This document shows, piece by piece, positions 20,243 through 29,594 of a stretch of 64,000 bases of DNA. Source of the DNA: Thecamonas trahens ATCC 50062. Taxonomy: Eukaryota; Protista; Apusomonadida. The notes under the pieces are model-generated. The model did not search any database and had not been told where the DNA came from. It saw only the letters and a program-made list of their open reading frames with translations. The translations under genes and the position numbers were made by a program. Positions within the stretch are counted from its first letter, which is position 1, and the number at the start of each line of letters is the position of its first letter. The stretch is from positions 62,001-126,000 of the forward strand of contig NW_013657652.1 in NCBI RefSeq assembly GCF_000142905.1. Reading direction: 5' to 3'.

Positions 20243-21513
20243 TCAATCGCTGGCCGCTTTGGTGGCATGGCTCATGGGCTCATCATCATCAAACTCATCG
20301 TTGGTTGTTCCATGCGCATGCGTTGTCAAGCGCTGGACCGATCGCGTGGCAGTGACTTGTACCGCCCGCGCAACAGCAGTGCTCGCTACGCTCGCCGCGG
20401 TGTCAAGAACAAGGAAGAGCCGAGTGGTTAGATAGGCGTCGACAAGGGCGTTGTGGAGGATGCAACCGTCTAGCTGGATGCCAACGGCGTCGCAGGCCGC
20501 TGCAAGACAAGCAGATCCGGACATCAGCGCCCGGTACCTGGTCATGGTGCAGACGACCTCGCCGACAGGGAGCGGCGGCAGCCCGAGGCGATCGAGGCAG
20601 CGCAGGAGGACGTCGCCATCAAACGCCGCGTTGTGTGCCACCAGCGCGCCCGTCGACCGCGAGATCCACTCGCAGAACGCACCTAAAACAGCTCCATTGG
20701 CTTGGCTTCTGCCACCATCTCATCGGTGATGCCATGGATGCATGCTGCGCCGTGCGAGATTCTCGACGGCGGCCGGCAGAGCGCATGAAAGTACGCCCCG
20801 CTCACTGCCCCATCCAGTAGCTCAACCGCCCCAATCTCCACCACGTTCGCCCCGGCGCCAAGCCCTGTCGTTTCCAAATCATACACCACCACCCGCCGCC
20901 GATGCGCAACGCCGTCCACTCTCCGCTCCATTCCGAGCCCCACCCGCACATCCTCGCGCCGCGCCCGCCACAGCCACGCCTCGACCTCGCCCACAAAGCC
21001 ATCATCATCAAGGTATGCCGCATAATTGCTATCCAATCCCTCCAGCCACTCCGCCACCCTCCCCCGATCAGATCCCAGCATGCCCATCCCGCCCGTCTCC
21101 TCCCATCGGGTCGCTTCGCCCGTCCCGCCTGCAACCCTGCGAGCTGTCTCGCCCCGGCCGTTCAGCTTCCGCTGGCGCTTCTGCCTCTGCTCCAAGGCCA
21201 CCGCGTCTTCGTCCACCTCAACCACTTTGACTGCTTCGATGTTCTCCTCAAACTCGGCAAAAGCCCCGCCTTCCCCGTCCCTAGCCCGCTTGCGCATCTT
21301 GTGCTGCCGTTTAGCCAGCCGTTTCTACTCGCGCGAGTCGAGTGCGCGCAACCGCGCCAGTCCGGAGCCACACAGCTTTCTTGCCCGTGAGCTCCAAGAT
21401 CAGAACAGACGAAACAAAGGGCAAAGGCAGCAAATGCAGTACGCTACCTTGCACCTCGTGCGCTTGCTCTGCTCGACGTGCGTGATCTGCTCTCTCGCCA
21501 TCTCGCCTTCCAT
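20243..21513 (-). CDS. DnaQ/DNA polymerase III epsilon-like DEDDh 3'-5' exonuclease; exon 1 21448-21513, intron 21325-21447, apparent frameshift at ~20695
   Basis: ExoI YDLETTG and IHGITDEMV lie in ORF 20683..21297; ExoII AHNAAFD and ExoIII HNALVDA lie in ORF 20243..20641. One added base joins them (…GAVLGAFCEWISRSTGALVAHN). A phase-0 GTAGCG…TAG intron is inferred. Confidence 0.8.
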
Positions 21514-21598
21514 CACCAGTGGAACATGAAAAGTCACTCCCTTTCACTGATCAACAATTCTGCGTCAACACACGCGCGCTTCACGTGCGCACCCACAC

Positions 21599-24500
21599 TC
21601 ATCGTGATCTTGGACAGCAGCAGCCCGTGACGCCTCGCAGCCTACCCGGCCACGGCAGAGACTTTGCGTTTACGATCCCGAGTACGACGACGCGCGCGAG
21701 CGGCTTGCTCTGCCTCGACATGCCGACCTGGGCAGGCGTGCCCATCTCGATCCGGTTCCGCGAGACTCGTTGAGAGCGCGAGCTGCCAGCATGGGTCTTG
21801 CGCCTCCGCCGCTTAACATTCGACATTGTTGGAACGTTGAGCGAGAGATCGCTGCTCTTCTTTCTGCCGCCATACGCCATCGGCGCCATCGACGCCGATC
21901 GCGCAAAGTCCTCTGCGGCAACGACAAGGTCCAAGTCGACGGGAGGGAGGTTTGTCCGCGCCGGCATCGATGCGTCGCGCGGATCGATAGCCGGCAGTAC
22001 GTCGTCAAGCTCGGCTAGCGAGCCAAAGACCGAGAACGATGCAAGTGACGAACCCATGTTCGACAACACTTGCGCCGTGGCATCCGTCCCGACATCGCTC
22101 GAGTTCTCCGAGATGGTCGGCAGAACCACGCTGTTGTTGGTGGTCTCTGTGAACGATGCTGTCTGACTTGATGTCGAGAGCGTGCTGGACGGCACCACCT
22201 TGCGGCTCTTGCGCCGCCGCCGCCTCCGCCCTCCATTTCGGCGCCCGCCAGTACCCCGAAGCGACGAGAGTGACTCGCTGTGCTTAGCCTGCGACATCGA
22301 GCTCGCCGCCGCCACCGATTCCGATCCATTGGCGATGGTCGCCCGGCGTGACGACTTGATGGCCGCACTCGGCTGGATCCGGAACTTGAAACTCTCTACC
22401 TCGCCCCCATTGCAGCTTGACAGCTCCGACGACGACGTTGAGAGCGTGGCGACCGCAGCTGCACCCGGGGCCATCACCTCGGGCTTGGGCCGGTGACCGT
22501 CAAAGCGGGAGAGCGAGGCCGCCAGCGAGTACAGCGTCAGCTTGGGATCTGATTCCAGCTCCTTCCGCGTAGCGCCGTCTGTCCAGCTCTCGACCAGATC
22601 TAGAGCCTCGGTTCGCACCGACCGCAGTCGACCCGAGTCGATGCGCACGAGGCCGCGCAGTTCCGGCGGATGATCGCGGAGCGCCAGCACGCCCTCGCGC
22701 AGCTCATACAGTTCGTATCGATGCGCAAGCGGCGTGGCAAAGACACCGAGCCGGACCACAATGTCCGATGCCACGCTCGCCGCCGCCAGCTTGTCAAGCA
22801 CCACTTGGCCACCTGATCCACAGTCGCCAATCGTCTGTGCGTACGTCATGGCATTGCCCGAGTACGTAAACCTCAGCGTTCGCCGCTCAAACTCGCGCGT
22901 TGGCGAGCACACCGCCACGCCCATCCGCACGCGCAGTCCGCGCCAAACCGTATCGGGGGCATCATCCGGATCCGATGCTACAATATCGCTCCCAAGAATG
23001 GCCCGCGGCCAAGAAATCTCCAGTAGTGCATGCTGGATCGCCGCCGCCGCGCATACCGCATCGACCGGAGCTTGAAAGGCAACCACAAACGAGTCGCCTT
23101 CGGTCCGCACCACGTATCCGCCATGGTCGGCAATCTTGGCGCGGAACACGGCGTTGTGCGCGTCGATAGCGTCGACCATCTCGATGGGGTACGCCTCCCA
23201 CAGCGCTGTTGATGACATGACGTCCGAGATGAGTATCGCGATTTCGCCCTTTGGCGCATGCGCATCTTCGCGCGCTGCGCGGTCGCGGAGGTAGTTGCGT
23301 TGTAGCCGCCGCCGCCGGCATGAGAGGCCAACGAAGAGGAAAATGAGGCCAGCGGCGCAGACCAAGGAGAAAACCGTCACCGATGTGGTCCCTGTCAACG
23401 TTGCCATCATGTCTGCGCCTTGGGGCACAATGCACGACACACCATCTCCGCCGCACACACCGCAGTCATCAAACGTCAAGCCCGAGTTCGGAACGCCGTC
23501 GCAGCCGGCGCAGCGAGTCCGATTGCCGTAGCAAACCCCGCATGCGTCCTGCAGCGCGTTACCGCCAAAGCAGACGCCGCACGCATCCTTGGCAGCGTTG
23601 TCGCCAAAGCAGACGCCACAGTCGTCTCGATCGGCGTCGCCGCCAAAGCAGATGCCGCAGCCATCGCGAGCGACATTGCCGCCAAAGCACACCCCGCACG
23701 AGTCGAGAAAGATGTTGGGAACCTTTCCGGTGGTTCCGCCGGTGCACATCCCACAGTCGTCGATGATCGCTGTGCCACCACATACTCCAGCGCAGTCGAC
23801 AGCTGCATCACGCCCAAGAGCGGGATCACATGATACCACACACGCATTTGTGCCATTGCACACACCACAGGCATCAACAACCGAGCCGGCGCCATCGCAT
23901 CCGCGGCACGAGAGACCGTCGCCACCACACAGACCACATGAATCGACAGACTGGGTGGCATTGGCGCACCCCTCGCATCGGGTAAAGCACGAGCCGCAGC
24001 TGTCGCGATGGCCATTGGGCGTCCGCCCTGTTGTCCCGCCCACGCATACGCCACAGTCGTCGATGAAAGCCGTTCCATTGCATGCACCGTTGCAATCAAA
24101 GGAGACCATCGTCGCCGATGAGTTGTCGCATGACTGCAAGCAGACACCGGTAGCCGGGCCGCCACACACGCCGCAGGCATCAAAGTGCGCTCCGCCGGCT
24201 GGGATCGGCACTCCATCACAGCCAAGGCACGAACTCGAATCGCCGCCGCACTCGCCGCACACGTCCACGATTATGCCCGAGTACGGAATGCCATCGCAGC
24301 CTGCGCACGTCGAGTTGTCACCCCACGGCACTCCGCAGCCATCGACGCACGCATTGGAGCCAAAGCACACACCGCATGCATCGACATCGCTGCCGCCGCC
24401 AAAGCACACGCCGCACACGTCCTTGTCGGTGTTGGGGAACCGACCGGATCCCGAGCCCGAGCACACACCGCAGTCGTCGAGGGCAGCCGGCGGCGCGCAC

Positions 24501-26494
24501 GGCGGCGGAGGCGGCGAAGGCGGAAGCGGAGGCGGCGGAGGTGACGGAGGCGACGGTGAAGGCGGCGGTGACGGCGGTGGTGATGGCGGCGGCGGGAAAG
24601 GCGGCGGCGGCGAGGGAGACGGCGGTGGCGGTGACGGCGGAGGCGGAGGCGGCAGCGCGCAGCTCCAGCTGGTCGAGTTGCCGCCATCAGACACAAGCAT
24701 CAACGGCGGCGCGCATGACGTGCAGTTGGTGCTCGTTCCCGTACACGACGCGCACGATCCAGAGCACACACCACAAGGCACATTTTCGGCCACAAAGTAC
24801 CGGAAAGGTGGACAGTGCCAGCAGCCGTCACCATCGTCGGTCCGTGCGGCGCCAGAGACGCATGCCTCACACCCCATCGCCGGGGAGCTGCACGTCCCGT
24901 TGTCGGCCGCCAAGTTGGCGCAAAGCGGGCGCTCGTTGCACGATGCACCGAACCATCCGTCATGACACGGGCCTGTGCACGTGTCGGCGAGAACCGAGAG
25001 TGAGCATACATGCTCGCCATGGCTGCAACCACCACCGAGTCCGCATCCGTAGCCAAGGCCGGGCGCGCCGCTGCTGCCGTCGCACACGACGTTGATTTCG
25101 CAGCCCGGCCCATTGTTGAGGCAGACGGAGGAGTTGGTAAAGCTGAGCACGTGATCCACAAGGTGGATGGCGGCCGACGACGTATACGTTACTTGGTTGC
25201 CCGTGACAAGCGTGTCGATCAAGCTCGAGGCCGGGCTTGCGCCGGCGGCGTATATCGCCGAGCCATTGACCGCTGTGTTGGCTGCCACCCGCCAGCTGTC
25301 GAGCGAGATCGAGCTCGACGCCGGGAGAAAGAGCCCGCCACCAATCTCTGCCGAGTTGCCCTCAACGCAGGAATCGGTGCCCGAGAGATCCACACCAGGA
25401 CCGACCGCCACGCCGCCACCAAAGCTGGCGCTGCAGTTGGCCACAATCGTGGCATCGAGGCTGGTGGACGCGGCCTCTGAGTAAACGCCACCACCGAAGC
25501 CCGGGGCATGACAGTCAAGCAGGTGCGTGTTGGCAAGCGTGAGCGTCCGCGATCCACCGCCAGGTGCCAGCGATGCTAAGCACCCGCCGCTGGCCGACGC
25601 ATACACGCGGGTTGTGACCAGCTCGTCAAAGCTCGCATCACACCCGACAACGCGGACGGCGCCTCCGACGGCTCCGCCGATGGCATCTGCGATACTCGCG
25701 CGCAAGACGGCGAGCGAGCAGGTCGCGGACGGGCCGGCTGACTCGACTGAGATGAGCGAGACGCCAGTGGTTGCGTGCGTGATGGCGAGGTCGGTGATGG
25801 CGGTGGTAGTGGCTGTGAAGCTTGATGCCGCCGAGACCGCCACAATGGATGAGGTTGTCGTCATGTTGTGAACCCAATCAGCAATGGTGACGCGATTGAG
25901 GGCAACGGTCATGCCGTCCCCCGAGCTTGTCGGGGCGTGAGCGTGGACGAGGGATGCAGCTCCAAAGGCTGCAGTCGATACGTCGGCCAGCACAAGCTCT
26001 GCGTTCTCATCGCGAGCATCGAGTTCGAAGACGTATGACTCGAACGAGGCATTGACAAACACCATGTGTTCGAGTGTGAACCGCTGGTTCGCGCGGCCGG
26101 TGCGGAGGTCAAAGAGCGGCCCAGCCGAAGTAGGACGCGTCCCGGACGGGCTGGCGCAAGTGAAGATCGGCGGCTCCGCCGGGTTCGACGCGGTGAACTT
26201 GATGTGCGGCGAGAGCGACGAGACGACAAGCGATGGGACCGAACAAGTTCCGCTCTGGCCATAGTTGCCGCCTGCAAAGCAAACGGTATGGGAGAAGGTC
26301 TTGAGCGTCACTCCCACCGATGACAGATGAGACCGAAGCGATGAGAGCGAGTTGGTCGTCGGCGAGACCGTGTAGTCGCACGCGAGCGCCAAATGCGAGA
26401 ACGCGACCAGGCTGAGTGCCAGAGCACACAAAACCAACATGGCCAAGTGGTCAAACATCTTGGCATGCCCCTGCCTGTCAAGTGGCGTAGACAA
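21599..26494 (-). CDS. Single-pass receptor-type class III nucleotidyl (adenylate-like) cyclase with beta-helix-like, furin-like, Pro-rich and DxCGVCxG-repeat ectodomain
   Basis: Signal peptide, GGGV/GGAV repeats, Cys-rich region, poly-Pro, about 19 DxCGxCxG repeats, TM (VFSLVCAAGLIFLFVGLSC), cyclase motifs SDVMSSTALW, GGYVVRTEGDSFVVAF, GLRVRMG and GGQVV. Confidence 0.88.
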   Translation of the reverse strand: MSTPLDRQGHAKMFDHLAMLVLCALALSLVAFSHLALACDYTVSPTTNSLSSLRSHLSSVGVTLKTFSHTVCFAGGNYGQSGTCSVPSLVVSSLSPHIKFTASNPAEPPIFTCASPSGTRPTSAGPLFDLRTGRANQRFTLEHMVFVNASFESYVFELDARDENAELVLADVSTAAFGAASLVHAHAPTSSGDGMTVALNRVTIADWVHNMTTTSSIVAVSAASSFTATTTAITDLAITHATTGVSLISVESAGPSATCSLAVLRASIADAIGGAVGGAVRVVGCDASFDELVTTRVYASASGGCLASLAPGGGSRTLTLANTHLLDCHAPGFGGGVYSEAASTSLDATIVANCSASFGGGVAVGPGVDLSGTDSCVEGNSAEIGGGLFLPASSSISLDSWRVAANTAVNGSAIYAAGASPASSLIDTLVTGNQVTYTSSAAIHLVDHVLSFTNSSVCLNNGPGCEINVVCDGSSGAPGLGYGCGLGGGCSHGEHVCSLSVLADTCTGPCHDGWFGASCNERPLCANLAADNGTCSSPAMGCEACVSGAARTDDGDGCWHCPPFRYFVAENVPCGVCSGSCASCTGTSTNCTSCAPPLMLVSDGGNSTSWSCALPPPPPPSPPPPSPSPPPPFPPPPSPPPSPPPSPSPPSPPPPPLPPSPPPPPCAPPAALDDCGVCSGSGSGRFPNTDKDVCGVCFGGGSDVDACGVCFGSNACVDGCGVPWGDNSTCAGCDGIPYSGIIVDVCGECGGDSSSCLGCDGVPIPAGGAHFDACGVCGGPATGVCLQSCDNSSATMVSFDCNGACNGTAFIDDCGVCVGGTTGRTPNGHRDSCGSCFTRCEGCANATQSVDSCGLCGGDGLSCRGCDGAGSVVDACGVCNGTNACVVSCDPALGRDAAVDCAGVCGGTAIIDDCGMCTGGTTGKVPNIFLDSCGVCFGGNVARDGCGICFGGDADRDDCGVCFGDNAAKDACGVCFGGNALQDACGVCYGNRTRCAGCDGVPNSGLTFDDCGVCGGDGVSCIVPQGADMMATLTGTTSVTVFSLVCAAGLIFLFVGLSCRRRRLQRNYLRDRAAREDAHAPKGEIAILISDVMSSTALWEAYPIEMVDAIDAHNAVFRAKIADHGGYVVRTEGDSFVVAFQAPVDAVCAAAAIQHALLEISWPRAILGSDIVASDPDDAPDTVWRGLRVRMGVAVCSPTREFERRTLRFTYSGNAMTYAQTIGDCGSGGQVVLDKLAAASVASDIVVRLGVFATPLAHRYELYELREGVLALRDHPPELRGLVRIDSGRLRSVRTEALDLVESWTDGATRKELESDPKLTLYSLAASLSRFDGHRPKPEVMAPGAAAVATLSTSSSELSSCNGGEVESFKFRIQPSAAIKSSRRATIANGSESVAAASSMSQAKHSESLSSLRGTGGRRNGGRRRRRRKSRKVVPSSTLSTSSQTASFTETTNNSVVLPTISENSSDVGTDATAQVLSNMGSSLASFSVFGSLAELDDVLPAIDPRDASMPARTNLPPVDLDLVVAAEDFARSASMAPMAYGGRKKSSDLSLNVPTMSNVKRRRRKTHAGSSRSQRVSRNRIEMGTPAQVGMSRQSKPLARVVVLGIVNAKSLPWPGRLRGVTGCCCPRSR

Positions 26495-26978
26495 CGAAGA
26501 GAGCCGTTACTTTCACGCACGTGATAGATGTGACGGCCTGCGTTGGTTTGCTCTTGTTAAGTTATGGGGTGTGTTGAGTTTGGGGAGGTCAAGTGCTGTT
26601 ATCCGCGGTGGTCGAGGCCTGGCGAGTGCCGCCTGCGGGATAGCAACGTGGTGACAGAACAAATAATTAAGCGATTTGGCTATGATTAGGTCGCCTACAA
26701 GCTGCAAGCCGCACGGCAGTGGTCACCAGCGATACACCTTTCAGAACACCCAGCGCAGAGGTATGCTCATATGTGCGTGGTACTCAGACTGTTTCCCAGA
26801 CTTGTGAGTGCTATGGTGGCTTGGTCGGTGCAGAAGGACCGAGTGTGACCGCAGACCGAACAGCTCGCTTGTATGCACGGGGTTTACCCGCACAGAATAT
26901 TTTTGACAAGGTCAAAAGCAAGCTGTCAAACCCCGTCCGAGCCACAAAGTCCCGAGGCAACACTTGACGAGGTTGCGG

Positions 26979-27051
26979 CTCGGCCTCGGGCTCGACCTCG
27001 TCAGACTCCATCTCGTCTGGCAGCAGCGCGAGCAGCAGCCTTACTGGCGGC
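26979..27051 (+). repeat. 73-bp intergenic copy of coding sequence at 29378-29450
   Basis: ctcggcctcgggctcgacctcgtcagactccatctcgtctggcagcagcgcga(g/c)cagcagccttactggcggc occurs twice with one mismatch. Confidence 0.95.
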
Positions 27052-27440
27052 CATCCCCTCCCCCCCCCTTCCCCCCACCCCCTCCACCCCCCTCCCCCCT
27101 CTCTCTCCCTCCCGCTCCCCGATTGCGACAGGCACGCCTTTTCCTCGTTGACCATGCTCAAAATCACACAGAGATATCGGTGACCATGTGGAGCTGCCAT
27201 ATGTGGAGCTGCCATTCGGCACAGCCGTAGACTTCAAAGGCACCTCAGCCGCACATAAACCATCCCGACTTCTTTCTCCTTGCAAGTTCGATTTGCAATT
27301 TGCTTTTCTATCATATTAGTTGCTTGTGTACCTGCTGTGTTGCTTAAGCGACGTGCGCAGCATATATTATGTTCCCCAACGGTTGACCCGCAACTCACTT
27401 GTTTTTTTTTTTTTTCGGCCACTCAGAACAACAAGTTTCG

Positions 27441-29519
27441 ATGAAGATTCTTCTTTCTCTGGTGATGGCCCTCGGCCTCCTCGCCTATGCTATGGGCGTT
27501 GACGCATTTGTATGCGATGAGTATGGACCTATTGTGGCCATCAATGGGCTACGCTTGGACGGAGCAAACTCTGTCCTGACGAGTGGGGGCATGAAAGTGA
27601 CTGTCGTCGGCGCCAACGTCGACAACGACAACAAGCCGCATGCGGTGACTTGCCCGCTCGACATGGCTTCGTCGTGTGAGTCGCGTGATTTGTCTGGCGG
27701 CCAAGGCGCCAACTCGGGCAAGGACTCGCATGTCGTTGCTGACGACGCTGGATCCCGGTTTGTGGTGGCGGCGACCAACGGGGCGGCGGCGAACAGACCT
27801 TGGCTTTTCTTGTGCAACGAAGGGGCGTCGCCGTGCACCAGCCACGATGTGTCGGGAGCGCAGGGAGCCAACTCGGGCTTGTCGCCCAAGGTTGTGCTTG
27901 ACAACGCCAACAACAAGCTCATCACCGTTGCAATCAACGGCGGTCTGTTTGATGCTCTCTATGCGTATGTGTGTAACGCGGCGGATGCAAGCGGATGCAC
28001 GGCGCACGACATTTCATGCGGCAGCGTCATGGCCTCCGGCACGAGCATTGCTGCCGGGCTGACTCCGTCTTCGAACCGACTGGTGGCTGTCGGCAAGACT
28101 GCGCTGCCGAGCCGCAACATGCAGGTCATCCAGTGCGAGTCGGACATGTCCGGCTGCTACAGGCGCGTAATTGATCCAGTGTTTAACACAGGCACCGAGC
28201 CGGTCCTGGCGTTTAGCGGCACCGATCGCGCGATTATTGCCGCCACCGACGGCAGCAACAAGCTCAAGATCTACGTTTGCTCCATTATCTTTGACTCATG
28301 CACGACATACGTGGTGGGTAACTCTGTTCTCCGCGCCACGTCGATTGTGGTCGACGACGCGGTCAACAAGCTCGCTGTCTTTGCGGTGACAACCAGCAAC
28401 AACGCCATCCAGCTTGTCTGTAGCCTCGGTAGCAGTCTCGCCTGCACTATCTTGCCGGTGGCGCCATCGACCATTCCTCTTGCTACAGCGCGCCCTTTGC
28501 TCGATGCTGTCATTATCGGCGTCGACACCGCCAGCTCGGCCTTGGGCATCGTGCCGTGTCTGAGCCCGCCGCCATGCCCAGCGGACGCGACGAGCCTCTC
28601 GAGCTCTTGCCGGCTTAATGAGCTCTCGATCGACAGCCAGCTTGCGCTCGCACCGCTGACGCGTGTGGTTATCAGCGGCGAACTTCGTGTGCTGTCGGGT
28701 GGCTCGCTCGTCCTCGCCGACGCTGCCGTGGAGACAGACGTGCTCACCCTTGATCCGACTTCCACCATCACTGTCGACCTCCGCAACTTGACGTTGTGGA
28801 CGAGTGATCTAATGGGCAATACCACGGTCCCAATAGTGGTCAACCAGACCGCATCGCTTGCAGGGGATCTCATTGTCCGCCTCAATGACTCCGCGGCTGA
28901 CGCGTTCAACATGGGTACCCCCATTCCCATTATTGTCTTTGGCGACTCAACATCGTCGTTCACATCAGTCATCATCGAGATGAATGGCGAGCGCATGCCG
29001 CGCGCCGCGCTGATGTGCGCCTCCAATGGGTGCGTGGCGGTGAGTGAGGCGAGCGCGTCGTCGACGTCGTCACCGTCGACAACCAGGACGACCATGTCGT
29101 GGATGTGGTGGCTTCTCCCGCTCGTCTGTGCCTTCCTCATCATCATTGTCATCATCAACATCACGCTGTGGTATCGGCGACGAGGTGCGTCGAGGGCCGC
29201 AGATGCGGGCGAGGCTGATGCCGAGCAGGCCCAGAGCACGAAGGCGTCCGCCAGCTCCGACTCGTCACGCCTCGATGACGACTCCAGTAAGGGCTCCGAG
29301 TTTCGGTGGGAGTCTGGCGACTCTGGCTCGATGCCGGTCCTCGCGCGAACGACCGCGTCGGCTGTCCCGGACATCTCCTCGGCCTCGGGCTCGACCTCGT
29401 CAGACTCCATCTCGTCTGGCAGCAGCGCGACCAGCAGCCTTACTGGCGGCGCGGCGGTTCACTCGGGAGGCGCAATCCAGCCTGTCGCTGTGCATGTCAC
29501 CTCTTACTACGCCGTTTGA
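27441..29519 (+). CDS. Type I membrane protein with ~50-aa Cys-pair repeats (probable beta-propeller)
   Basis: Signal peptide MKILLSLVMALGLLAYAMG; repeats of form C-x6-7-C…(H/R)D(L/V/I)S.(G/A)QGANSG; TM WWLLPLVCAFLIIIVIINITLWY; Ser-rich tail. Confidence 0.8.
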   Translation: MKILLSLVMALGLLAYAMGVDAFVCDEYGPIVAINGLRLDGANSVLTSGGMKVTVVGANVDNDNKPHAVTCPLDMASSCESRDLSGGQGANSGKDSHVVADDAGSRFVVAATNGAAANRPWLFLCNEGASPCTSHDVSGAQGANSGLSPKVVLDNANNKLITVAINGGLFDALYAYVCNAADASGCTAHDISCGSVMASGTSIAAGLTPSSNRLVAVGKTALPSRNMQVIQCESDMSGCYRRVIDPVFNTGTEPVLAFSGTDRAIIAATDGSNKLKIYVCSIIFDSCTTYVVGNSVLRATSIVVDDAVNKLAVFAVTTSNNAIQLVCSLGSSLACTILPVAPSTIPLATARPLLDAVIIGVDTASSALGIVPCLSPPPCPADATSLSSSCRLNELSIDSQLALAPLTRVVISGELRVLSGGSLVLADAAVETDVLTLDPTSTITVDLRNLTLWTSDLMGNTTVPIVVNQTASLAGDLIVRLNDSAADAFNMGTPIPIIVFGDSTSSFTSVIIEMNGERMPRAALMCASNGCVAVSEASASSTSSPSTTRTTMSWMWWLLPLVCAFLIIIVIINITLWYRRRGASRAADAGEADAEQAQSTKASASSDSSRLDDDSSKGSEFRWESGDSGSMPVLARTTASAVPDISSASGSTSSDSISSGSSATSSLTGGAAVHSGGAIQPVAVHVTSYYAV

Positions 29520-29594
29520 CTGCCTTTGTCCTCCACTTCTCCTTCAATCTTTCTCCAGCTCGCCATTGCGGCCCTATTGCCTACCACATCGTCC

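Noticed and set aside
27186-27215. 15-bp tandem duplication ATGTGGAGCTGCCAT x2
   Set aside because: An ordinary slippage duplication with no evidence of function.
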